This document shows positions 31,971 through 41,339 of a stretch of 64,000 nucleotides of DNA, piece by piece; position 1 is the stretch's first letter; every line of letters starts with the position of its first letter. The stretch lies in the NCBI GenBank assembly GCA_963826525.1, contig CAWGXH010000004.1:1184001-1248000 (forward strand), in the 5' to 3' direction. Origin of the DNA: an uncultured Methanomicrobiaceae archaeon (GTDB lineage: Archaea > Halobacteriota > Methanomicrobia > Methanomicrobiales > Methanoculleaceae). The position numbers were made by a program, and so were the translations under genes. The notes under the pieces were generated by a model that had not been told where the DNA came from, searched no databases, and saw nothing but the letters and a program-made list of their open reading frames with translations.

Positions 31971-33303
31971 ATGAATCTGGATGACGTCTTCTATGATATT
32001 GCTTCCATCGGCCTGTATAACCTCTGGAAGGCCACGCACCAGGTGCGCAAAACGGTGAGGAGCACGGGCCTGGCCGTCGAGGAGATCACCGGCGGTGCCG
32101 GGGATAGGGCAGCCGAGTTCGAAACGGCGTTTTCAAGCGCTGCTCGTGATCTGCTGTCGTTCGTCGGCGAGCTCGAAGAGCTCGTGGCGGTCCGGGGCGC
32201 CAGCCTCCGCAGTGAGGACGAACTCCTGGATGCGGATGTAAGAAGGCTCTCCGCACTGCGGGTAAAGGAGAAGGAACTGCTCGAAGAACTCGCCGGGCAC
32301 GAGAAGGATGAACCGTCAGCGCCACAGGAGCAGGCTTTGCTTGAGAGCAAACTCTCGATAGTGCGAAATGCCGTCCACGAGATACTCGACGCAGCAGAAC
32401 CGGGCGTCATCCCGACCAGTCTCTATGACGCCAGAGCCATTCTTGAACGGTTCACCGTGCTTGAACAGCCGGGAATCGAGGAGATCTTCGATGCAGCGCT
32501 CGGCAACCTCGCAGGCTTTGGAGTCTGTTCTTAACGAGGTTGAGAAGCTTTTCGTAATCAGGAGAGATACAGCAGTCGACCCTGCGGGGCTACCGAAGGA
32601 GAAACAGGACGAGCTCGCCCGGCTGCAGACCTCGCTCGCCCTCTACGACCGGTTGATCGAGAAGACGACACGGGCGACGATCCGGCTTCAGGAAGAGCTC
32701 CTCCGCGCGTACCCCGGGGAAGCGGCCGTTATGGAGACCTCACCCACGTCGGGCGCCCGTGAGCGGGGAGAGTCCGATAACCGGGCTGGTTCGGAGAAAC
32801 CGAATCCTGCGCTGCCGGGAGAGCGGCATCCTGCCCGCGCACTCCGGCCGCCGAAGAGCGTCCGGATCGCCCGGGTGGTGGGACGCACCGATATCACTGC
32901 CGTGCTTGCAAACCTTACCGCAATGCAGGGTATCAACCGGTATTACGAGCGGGAGCGGCTCAAGGTGGAGAAGAAGATCGTCCGGCTGGTGTCGGTACCG
33001 GTGGACGAGCCGGGAGTCCTCCCCCGCTCGATTGATGAGATGCGCCTTACGATCGAGCGGTTCCGGATCGGCGGGCAACCCCGGCTCGAGATCCTGGCCG
33101 ACAACCTCAATGAGGCGATCACCGAATCGAGAACGGCGGCGGCGAATACAAACCGGAGTTACGAGGCTGTTTATCGGTTCGCGGACGGTGTGTCGGAAAA
33201 CCGTCTCCTGCTCGTGATCGGCGCCGGGATCTTTGCGGTTCTGGTGCTGGCCATCCTGGTGGTTCTCCTGATCATCCTGGTGGAGATCGCGCTTATCTTC
33301 TAG
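31971..33303 (+). CDS. Hypothetical coiled-coil protein with two internal repeats and C-terminal TM anchor (~443 aa after removing one base near 32511)
   Basis: ORFs 31917-32534 and 32368-33303 join as ..GNL-QALESVLNEV..; repeat EPGV(I/L)PxS....ERF....QP occurs twice; hydrophobic C-terminus. Confidence 0.7.
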
Positions 33304-33544
33304 GGAGTGCGCGGACGGCTCCCGCATCCCGGCCTTTCCGGCTAAAGGCCGGCAGCACTGCCGCGGGCTCTTTCGGCACCGATAGGCCGATGAGCCTGGA
33401 ACCTGCAGGTGCCTGTATACCCGCGAAGTTCCTCATCGGGATACCCTGCCTCTTCTGTCTCACAGGTGGGGCATTCTCCCCATGCTTACTCCGGGTGCCT
33501 GACCTCTCGAAGACCGGCTCAGAGGTCACCGTCCCGCTTCATGC

Positions 33545-34516
33545 TCATGGCTTGCCATCAGCGCGTTCTTCGGACTCCTTCCTGAACGCTTCGTACGCTA
33601 CGGGATATTTCTCCCGGGCAGCAGCGCGGATCTTCGCAAGTCTTTCTTCCAGGGTGATGTATCCCTCTCCATGAGCTGCTGTATCGATCCGTCTTTGCAT
33701 TACCTGCTTCATCTGCACGTTTTTCTCGAATCCGAAGTAGTGGCGCCAGAGGCTTTTCGCGACGACGGCGGTGGTTCCCATACCCATGAACGGATCAAAA
33801 ACCAGATCGCCGGGTCTGGAACTGAACTCTATACATCGTTTCACGACTTCGACAGGTAATGTCGTGGCATTTTTTGCTTCTCCCGGGCTATACGTACGTT
33901 TAATGTCCCATACGTCCTCGGGATAATGCTCCATTTTATTGAAGTAGTATTTGTGGGGGTCTTTTGCCAGCAGCACGACGTGGTAGTGACTGGTAACGTA
34001 TTTTCTCCTGGTAAAGACGCCAAACTGGTATCTCCAGATGATATGGTTAATGGTCGTAAGGCCGCTCTGCCGGGCGCCACGCAGAACGTCCTCAAGGTGG
34101 TTCCAGCCACTGAAAACATACGCAGAGGCATGGGGTTTCATGATCCTCTGCATCTCTGCCATCCACGCTTCGGTGAATGCAGCGTAATCGAGATCGACCT
34201 CATGGTAGGCATCCACTACATGGTTGCTGTTTCTATTGTAAACCGACTCTTTGCCGGAGAAATCAATCCCGAACGGAGGATCGGCGACGACGAGATCCAC
34301 ACAGCCGGCCGGCATCCTCTCCATGCCCCGGCTGCAGTCTTCAAAGAGAATTGTATCCTGCTTCACCGGATAGTGAGATGCATCTTCGTAGCGTCTCTGC
34401 GCCTCATCCGGGCTCCAGTAGTCATCCGGTGAAAATTTAATACCTGCAAGACCGGGGACGTATCTCTTTCTTCGATCTCCCTTTCTGCCGCCGCCGCCAC
34501 CCTTTGACTCTGCCAC
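33545..34516 (-). CDS. Orphan site-specific DNA methyltransferase (N6-A/N4-C, beta class)
   Basis: Catalytic DPPF precedes SAM-binding DPFMGMGTT; probable GTG start at 34516 after GGTGA; visibly more AT-rich than neighbours. Confidence 0.9.
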   Translation of the reverse strand: MAESKGGGGGRKGDRRKRYVPGLAGIKFSPDDYWSPDEAQRRYEDASHYPVKQDTILFEDCSRGMERMPAGCVDLVVADPPFGIDFSGKESVYNRNSNHVVDAYHEVDLDYAAFTEAWMAEMQRIMKPHASAYVFSGWNHLEDVLRGARQSGLTTINHIIWRYQFGVFTRRKYVTSHYHVVLLAKDPHKYYFNKMEHYPEDVWDIKRTYSPGEAKNATTLPVEVVKRCIEFSSRPGDLVFDPFMGMGTTAVVAKSLWRHYFGFEKNVQMKQVMQRRIDTAAHGEGYITLEERLAKIRAAAREKYPVAYEAFRKESEERADGKP

Positions 34517-34912
34517 AATCCCTATTTCATCACCGGTCACTAAATAATTTGTGATCCTTTGGAAGATCAAAGGATTATCAGGGAGATTCCCATCTCCGGC
34601 ACCCGTACCCGATCCATCCCCCGTCTGAAGGCGGCGAAGGCTCTTTTAGGCAAGGCTCGGCGGTAATCGAAGCCCGCTCGATTCATCGGCGCTCATGCAC
34701 TGTTGAGTTGAGGAGCGGACCGATGCCGGAGAGGCAGGCGCGGAGGGCGATGAAGCGTGACGTCTCACGCCCAACGAACGGCTCTCGGCAGCACCGGCGA
34801 GGAGGAAAAGTGCCGTGCGATCGAATCCGTAGCGGTGATCGACAGGACATAGGTTCGAAAAAGAACTGCTTTACGGTGTACCTTGAAAAGAAGCCGGAAA
34901 AGATGTTTGAAA

Positions 34913-34986
34913 TGCCTCAGCCCGGATTTGAACCGGGGACAACCAGATCTTCAGTCTGGCGCTCTCCCGGACTGAGCTACTGAGGC
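34913..34986 (-). tRNA. tRNA-Phe(GAA), no intron, CCA not encoded
   Basis: GCCTCAG acceptor stem, CCAGA-CTGAAGA-TCTGG anticodon arm, GGTTCAAATCC T-arm. Confidence 0.97.
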
Positions 34987-35169
34987 ATTGGATATTAACG
35001 TTGTCTGTGGTGCCTAATAAATCCTATGATTCATCTTCTCACCACCGACATCTCCCCTGCACCATCCCGGAACCGACCGCGAAGACGTGCCTTTTTATCA
35101 TCTTGCGTGCCGAAACTGGTATCAATGGATCGGAACGGCCGCGTACAGGACGGGAAAGAATCGAACCTC

Positions 35170-36099
35170 ATGAAGTCACTCTCCGAACGGAGTCAGCATG
35201 TCGTTCACCTCACCCACAACGACCTCGACGCCGCCGGTGCCGATGCAATCCACCGGATACACTACGGCGATGTCTTCACGGTGTTCGCATCGGTGGGGAA
35301 GTTCCCCGGCCTCTTCGATGCGGTCGCGGGCGCGCCGGGCCGCGGTGACCTGCTCAGCATCTCCGATCTCGGCTACTTCAGGGATGTTGAACGCCGGATC
35401 AAAAAAGCCCGTTCAAACGGCTGGCGGATCGAGTGGCGGGATCACCACCGCTGGCGGGAAGAAGAGATCCGATCGGTCACGGGTATGGTCGACCTGCTCC
35501 GGGTCGATACCTCCGCCTGCGCCACCGGCCTCGTCGCCCGCGCCCTCGAGCCGGAGAACCCGCTGGCGACGGAGATCGCACGGGTGGTCTGCGACTACGA
35601 TCTCTGGAAGCACGAAGACCCGCGGTCGAAGGTGCTCGGGCAGGTGGTGATGCGCGGTCGGAGAAACCGGGACTACGTCCGCGACCGTCTCGCCGCCGGG
35701 GTCTTCTCCGACGCCCACATCGAGCAGGAGTACGCCGGTATCGTCCGTGAGATGGAAGAGAACATCGAAAAAAGTCTCCGGCACGCGACGGTCTATACCA
35801 GGCCGTACCGGATCGTCTTTGCGCCTCTCTACGGCTATCCGAGCGAGACCGCCCATACGATCCGGGATACGCTCGACACCGAGATCGAGGTGATCGTCTC
35901 CCAGAACGGCCGCTTCTCCATCCGCTCCGTCCCGCCGATCAGCCACCTGATCGCCCGCGAGTTCGGCGGCGGCGGCCACCCGCACGCAGCGGGGGGCAGC
36001 TTCGACTTCACCCTCCTCGACCGGATTTTCTTCTATCTCTTCAAGAAGAACAAGCACTACCGCTCCCTCGTCGAGGTCTCGGGCGCTATTTCAGAATAA
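35170..36099 (+). CDS. DHH/DHHA1 family phosphoesterase (nanoRNase-like)
   Basis: HNDLD, RDHH, DYDLW, GGGHPHAAG. Confidence 0.88.
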   Translation: MKSLSERSQHVVHLTHNDLDAAGADAIHRIHYGDVFTVFASVGKFPGLFDAVAGAPGRGDLLSISDLGYFRDVERRIKKARSNGWRIEWRDHHRWREEEIRSVTGMVDLLRVDTSACATGLVARALEPENPLATEIARVVCDYDLWKHEDPRSKVLGQVVMRGRRNRDYVRDRLAAGVFSDAHIEQEYAGIVREMEENIEKSLRHATVYTRPYRIVFAPLYGYPSETAHTIRDTLDTEIEVIVSQNGRFSIRSVPPISHLIAREFGGGGHPHAAGGSFDFTLLDRIFFYLFKKNKHYRSLVEVSGAISE

Positions 36100-36874
36100 A
36101 CGCCTCTCGTGCGAGGCTCTCCCAGTACGTGCTACAGTCCTCCGTGCAGTAGCCGCCCGCAAGGAGCGTATCCGGATCGAAGTACCCGGCTGCATTCGTC
36201 AGATCGGCGCTCGTCGGGTTGATCAGCACCAGGCGGCGGATGGAGTACTCTTCGGCACGCTCGACCGCGAATGGGAGCTGCCTCGGCAGGATCGGCAGTT
36301 CGCTCTGGTACTCGAGCAGCAGCTCGAGATCGAACCGTTCGGGGTTCTGTGGGAGGAAGATGCACTTCTTCCCGGCAAGGCGTTCGAGTTCCGCCTCGTC
36401 TGCGGTATCCGCTATCATCACGTGCCCCTGCACGCCGCGGTCCCGCATCTCCCGCATGAGATGGGCGGTGAGGCCGGAGAGAAGTTCTGAGAAATCTTCT
36501 GGGTCGCCGATGTAGCCGTCGGTGACGCCGAGGAGGTGAGGAGCGGGGATAGCGACCCGGATGCCTTTTTTCCGGGCTACGAGTGCCGCTGCATCCGCCG
36601 TCACGTCACGTGGGTCAAGACCTGGTTCATCGACCAGCACCCCTCCTTCGACGCCGATCAGTGCGCCCTTGAGCCGTTTGCCGTAGAAGAGCCCGCCAGC
36701 GCAGGGAGCCTCGATCGGTTGCTGGGCTGCAAGCGACGTCTCGAGCTGGTAGGTTATCAGGTCGCCTCCGCTCTTCCCCCGCTTCTCCGCTATCCATGCG
36801 GCAAGCTCTTCAATCGTGGGGGTACCCACCTCGGAACCGTAGGATCGCATCGGGATATTCAGACGTTTCGCCAT
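36086..36874 (-). CDS. Hypothetical protein, possibly a degenerate core-MetE-like TIM barrel
   Basis: Clean 262-aa ORF divergent from metG; segment pattern resembles MetE catalytic domains (see findings). Confidence 0.7.
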   Translation of the reverse strand: MAKRLNIPMRSYGSEVGTPTIEELAAWIAEKRGKSGGDLITYQLETSLAAQQPIEAPCAGGLFYGKRLKGALIGVEGGVLVDEPGLDPRDVTADAAALVARKKGIRVAIPAPHLLGVTDGYIGDPEDFSELLSGLTAHLMREMRDRGVQGHVMIADTADEAELERLAGKKCIFLPQNPERFDLELLLEYQSELPILPRQLPFAVERAEEYSIRRLVLINPTSADLTNAAGYFDPDTLLAGGYCTEDCSTYWESLAREAFILK

Positions 36875-36916
36875 ACGCTAGTATCTTTATTAGCATCGCC
36901 ATCAGAACGTATAAGG

Positions 36917-38916
36917 ATGAGTGGTAAGCCGTTGCTGGTGACGTGCGGGCTCCCGTATACGAACGGACCCTGCCATATCGGACATCTGCGGACGTATGTG
37001 CCTGCCGATTTTTACGTGCGGTACATGCGTCGCGCCGGGGAAGACGTCGTATTTATCTGCGGATCTGACAATCACGGGACACCCATCGTGATCAGTGCGG
37101 AGCAGGAAGGATCGACGCCGAGAGAGCTCTCGGAGCGGTACCATCAGCACTTCGACTCGACGTTCAAGCGCATGCTGGTGGAGTTCGACCGGTTCGGCAT
37201 GACGGACGATCCGACGAATCACGAGACGACGAAAGACCTGGTGCAGCGGCTCATCGACCGGGGCTACGTCTACCCGAAGACGATCAGCCAGAGTTACTGC
37301 CCCGACTGCAGCCGGTTCCTTCCCGACCGCTACGTCGAGGGGATCTGCCCGCACTGCGGTGCCGTCGCCCGGGGCGACGAGTGCGATCAGGGGTGCGGCC
37401 AGCACCTCGAGCCGGGCGAGATCAAGGATGCTCTCTGCAAGGTCTGCGGGGGGAAGGCCGAGTATCGCGACCAGGAACACTACTTCTTCAAACTCTCGGA
37501 GTTCAAGGACTTCCTCCTCGAGTACCTCCCCGACCTCCGGGGAACGTCGAACGCCCGGAACTACGCGCTCGGCTGGGTGAAAGAATCCCTCCACGACTGG
37601 TGCATTACCCGGACGCTCGAGTGGGGCGTCAAATTCCCGGGAAGGGACGACCTCGTCGTCTACGTCTGGGTGGACGCCCCGATCGGGTATATCTCGTTCA
37701 CGAAGGAGTGGGCGGACTCGTGCAGGTGCGGACTGGCAGGAGTACTGGTGCGGCGACGATACCCGGGTCACGCACTTCATCGGCGGCGACATCATCTACC
37801 ACCACTGCATCTTCTGGCCTGCACTCCTCAAGGGCGCCGGCGTCGGTCTGCCGCACGCCGTGGTGGCGAGCGGGATGGTCACGATCGAAGGGAAGAAGTT
37901 CTCGAAGTCACGCGGCTACGTCGTCTGGACGAACGACGACTACCTGGAGCAGGGTCTCCCCGCAGACTACCTCCGCTACTATCTCCTTGCCTATACGAAC
38001 CACACCAAGGAGCTCGACTTCTCCTGGCAGGTCTACCAGCAGCGGGTGAACAACGAGCTCGTCGGGACGCTCGGCAACTTCATCTACCGCACCATGCACT
38101 TCGCCGCGAAGGAGTTCGGCGGCGTGCCGGACGTTCCGGCAGAGCCTGCCATCCTCGAGGAGATCGCTCGGGCGTTCGCCACCGTCGACCGGGCGATGCG
38201 GGACTACGAATTCAAGAGCGCCGTCGATGCGATGATGACGCTGGCATCTTTCGGGAACGGCTACATCCAGAACAATGCGCCCTGGAAACTGATCGAGCAG
38301 GACCGGGATGCGGCGGAGCAGGTGATCGCTAACTGCCTCCAGCTCGTCAAAGCCCTCGTCCTCGTCTTCGAGCCCCTCATCCCCGAGACGATGCAGCGGG
38401 CGTGGCAGATGCTCGGGTACGGCGACGCCCTGCGGAGCTCACACGCTCGCGGAGGCGAAAGAGCCGATCGGGGCACGATCGCTCGAGAAGCCGATGCCGC
38501 TCTTTGTCAAGATCGAGGACGACCGGATCCGCGACCTCGAGACGCTCCTCGGCCAGCGCGTCGATGCTGCGAAGAGAGCCGCGGAGAAGAAGCAGGTGAA
38601 GACGGTTCCGATCGAGCACTTCGGCGAGCTCGAGATCCGCATCGCCCGCGTGACCTCGGCAGAGCCGATCAAGGGCTCGAAGAAACTCTATAAACTGACG
38701 GTCGATCTCGGCGAAGAGCGCCGGCAGGTGGTGAGCGGCATCGCCCAGTTCTACTCCCCGGACGAGCTCGTCGGGCAGGATGTCGCGATGATTGCAAACC
38801 TCGCACCGGCGAAGATCTTCGGTGTCGAGAGCCAGGGCATGATCCTCGCCGCCGGAGATGCGGCGTCGCTCCTCGTGCCGCTCCGCCCGGTCAGCCCGGG
38901 GACACCGGTCCGTTGA
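36917..38916 (+). CDS. metG: Methionine--tRNA ligase with C-terminal tRNA-binding domain; indels near 37720 and 38435-38470
   Basis: [11 protein letters not shown] (HIGH), Zn knuckles, [16 protein letters not shown]-terminal SQGMILAA. Confidence 0.96.
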
Positions 38917-39413
38917 TCCAGACTACCTGGTCAATCCTGTTTTTCAGCGAACTCTGGTCGTAGACGACGATCCGCCACTGCCCGCCGGGCGAGAACGGGT
39001 GGACGCCGGGGTGGCGGGCGGCCGTAAAGACCATCTCCTGCTCGTCGGTGATCCAGTAGCCGGACGCAGCCCCGTCATCTACGGGAAAATGGAAGATGTA
39101 AGCGGCCTCTCCCACGCCGAGCGTCGTGTTCCGGAGGATCGCGGCATTCACATCCCGGAGCGTTCCTTCGGGGTCGATGAGGTAGACCCGGCACTCCGTG
39201 AGGTTGATCGCGCTCTCCGTGCCGGATATGCGTATTACCGGACGTCCCGGCGTACCCGGTGACGATCTCCACCGAGAGGGGCAGTGCCGGGCCTGCGGCT
39301 CCGGCCTCCCCTCCCGGCACCAGGAGGCCTGCGGCGACGACGGTCATCAGCACCGCAGCTATGACGATGGCACAGGCCGTCGCCGTCCCGGTGGAGATAG
39401 GGCCCCGCTTCAC
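38891..39413 (-). CDS. Membrane-anchored/secreted hypothetical protein, possibly pilin-like; indel near 39230
   Basis: Basic N-terminus + hydrophobic helix, then a beta-rich domain ending WRIVVYD...VVWI. Confidence 0.55.
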
Positions 39414-39478
39414 GAGCAGCCTGTGGGCATTCTCTTATATTTGAAACTATGGGTGCAGCGGCGCAAGAAAAGGTGAAG

Positions 39479-39553
39479 CGGGCCTGGAGGGATTCGAACC
39501 CCCGACGTCCGGGTTAGAAGCCCGGCGCTATGTCCTGGCTAAGCCACAGACCC
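39479..39553 (-). tRNA. tRNA-Arg(TCT), no intron, CCA not encoded
   Basis: GGGTCTG/CAGGCCC acceptor, CCGGG-CTTCTAA-CCCGG anticodon arm, GGTTCGAATCC T-arm. Confidence 0.97.
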
Positions 39554-39641
39554 TTTATTGTTCCCATATAGGTTGGGCCTCTGTGGTAATTAATCCTTTG
39601 AGTCCCCGTGCCGGATCACACCCGCACCCAAAAATGAGGGT

Positions 39642-40034
39642 TCATCCTGCCCGGTAGCAGGATGACCTGATGATATCGACTTTTGTCGGTTTTCCCCAGT
39701 CCTGACCCTCTACCTCGCGAGCGAGGGTCGATCCGGCGTATTTGACCTTGATCCGTGCCGACATGCGCTCGCGCTCCTCGAAGTAGACCGGATTGACGAA
39801 CTCGACGAGCCGCTTCATGCTGATGGTGAGCGCAAGGAGATCGACGAGAATCCCGGGATCACCCTCGGAGAAATCGTCCTGGTCGACCGAGGTCATGAAG
39901 ATACACTCGCCCGGCGCTGCCTCGGTCAGGGAGATGATGTTGTGGGCGCTTGAGAGTTCGATCGTGCGGGCTTTTCCGTTCTTGAGCTCTGCAATGACTG
40001 ATGGTGAGATTCCGGTTAATGCTGTGCACATCAT
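39642..40034 (-). CDS. DUF473 family protein
   Basis: ALTGIS..VI.EL....RTIEL.SAHN, FMTS, EERE..SARI. Confidence 0.82.
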   Translation of the reverse strand: MMCTALTGISPSVIAELKNGKARTIELSSAHNIISLTEAAPGECIFMTSVDQDDFSEGDPGILVDLLALTISMKRLVEFVNPVYFEERERMSARIKVKYAGSTLAREVEGQDWGKPTKVDIIRSSCYRAG

Positions 40035-40039
40035 GAGTA

Positions 40040-40759
40040 TCACCCGTACATCGGCAGCTGCTGTTCCCGCCTCCCGGGCGCTGCTTCGCTTTTCTGCATC
40101 TGCTCTGCAACCTGTGCCATGGCCGCTTCGATCTCTACCGCCTGCTCCATGAGCGGCTGCACGTCGAGACCGAGGTTGTAGATCTTATTGAGCACCTCGA
40201 TCGTCGATGCCGACGCCCGCGGGTCGGGCGTGTTCACCGTCTCTCCGAGAAGTCCTATCGCCGGGATGCTCCGGGTCTTGCACTCGGTGAGGATACTCGC
40301 CGCAATCCCGGAGATGCTGCCCATGGGCAGGATGATCGTCTCGTCCGCAATCTTCTGCAGAACGTCCTGTGTCGTCGCCACACCGAAGACACGCTTCTCG
40401 GGCTCATTGGTAATGATGCCGGCGATAGTGACGATCTCCTGGAGGTTGTACTGGGTGAGCCAGTTCATGATCCCGTCTGCCACCTCGTAGCAGATCATCG
40501 GGTGGATCGGGACGTCGGAGACGATTGCCGCAAGGCTATCCTTTTCATAGAGCCGTACCGGGGCACTTATCACGCCCTTTGCCATGAGGGCGACCGGCGG
40601 AAAGTACTTGCTCGTAATCGATCCGATCTGCTCGAACTCCATCTGTTCGACCAGGTACTGCAGTGCGATACTGCCCACGAGACCACTGCCGGGAAAACCG
40701 ATCAACACTGTTTTTTCAGCGCTGCCGAGGTCCCTGGCGGTTACCTTTATATCGTCCAT
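40040..40759 (-). CDS. Proteasome assembly chaperone family protein (PAC2/Pba-like)
   Basis: GFPGSGLVGSIA, PDPRAS, C-terminal MYG (HbYX motif). Confidence 0.9.
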   Translation of the reverse strand: MDDIKVTARDLGSAEKTVLIGFPGSGLVGSIALQYLVEQMEFEQIGSITSKYFPPVALMAKGVISAPVRLYEKDSLAAIVSDVPIHPMICYEVADGIMNWLTQYNLQEIVTIAGIITNEPEKRVFGVATTQDVLQKIADETIILPMGSISGIAASILTECKTRSIPAIGLLGETVNTPDPRASASTIEVLNKIYNLGLDVQPLMEQAVEIEAAMAQVAEQMQKSEAAPGRREQQLPMYG

Positions 40760-40819
40760 ACGCTCACATCACTCCCCGTCGGATTAGTTTAACATAGCTG
40801 GATGTCCCTTAAAAATATT

Positions 40820-41138
40820 ATGCAAGAGTACCCGATTAAGCGAGGATACGGTAAAAATCTCGAAGAGAATATGATCCAGAGCCTCCGGGATCAGTTCGGG
40901 GTGGAGCCCCTCGAGTCCGGCGGCCACCACACCATCGCCTTCGGTGCTCTGCAGCGTCTCGAAGTATGGACCGGGGAGAAGGGCAAGACGCTGATCGTCG
41001 ATACGGAATCGAACGCGGACGTGGACGACGAGACGATCATCGAGACGAACCGCCGGTTCCGGAAGTACCTCGAACTGGTGACCGGGTACAACTCGAAAGA
41101 GCGTGCGAAGAAGGCAAAGAAAGTTATCGACGGACTGA
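40820..41138 (+). CDS. DUF5611-like small conserved archaeal protein; probable extra base just before the stop
   Basis: MQEYPIKRG...FRKYLELVTGYNSKERAKKAKK; the ORF-track extension beyond 41138 looks non-coding. Confidence 0.7.
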
Positions 41139-41339
41139 TAGCCGTAAGAATATCTCTTCTCCTTCGTTGGTGCAGGCATCGCACCGATAATCTTTCCCCC
41201 TTTCGGCAGGGATGCACCGGGCACGATACCGCGCTGAAGCGTATGCCCGGGCGACCGATCTTGGGCATGGAGGTTCGCCTCCGGTATCGGCATTGCAGTC
41301 TTCCCGGTGATGCACCCGCGGGAAAAAAAGAATAGTTCC

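Noticed and set aside
34575-34610. GGAGAT-GGGA-ATCTCC hairpin upstream of the MTase resembling a fluoride riboswitch start
   Set aside because: It lacks the downstream (C)TGATG..CCTAC pseudoknot segment, and the adjacent gene is not fluoride-related.
36917-38916. Programmed frameshifting or a naturally split MetRS
   Set aside because: No slippery heptamer at the junctions, and the same indel pattern occurs across unrelated genes.
41139-41335. C-terminal extension of the DUF5611-like ORF (177 aa in the track)
   Set aside because: Composition becomes non-protein-like after AKKAKKVID; a TGA lies one base out of frame at 41136-41138.
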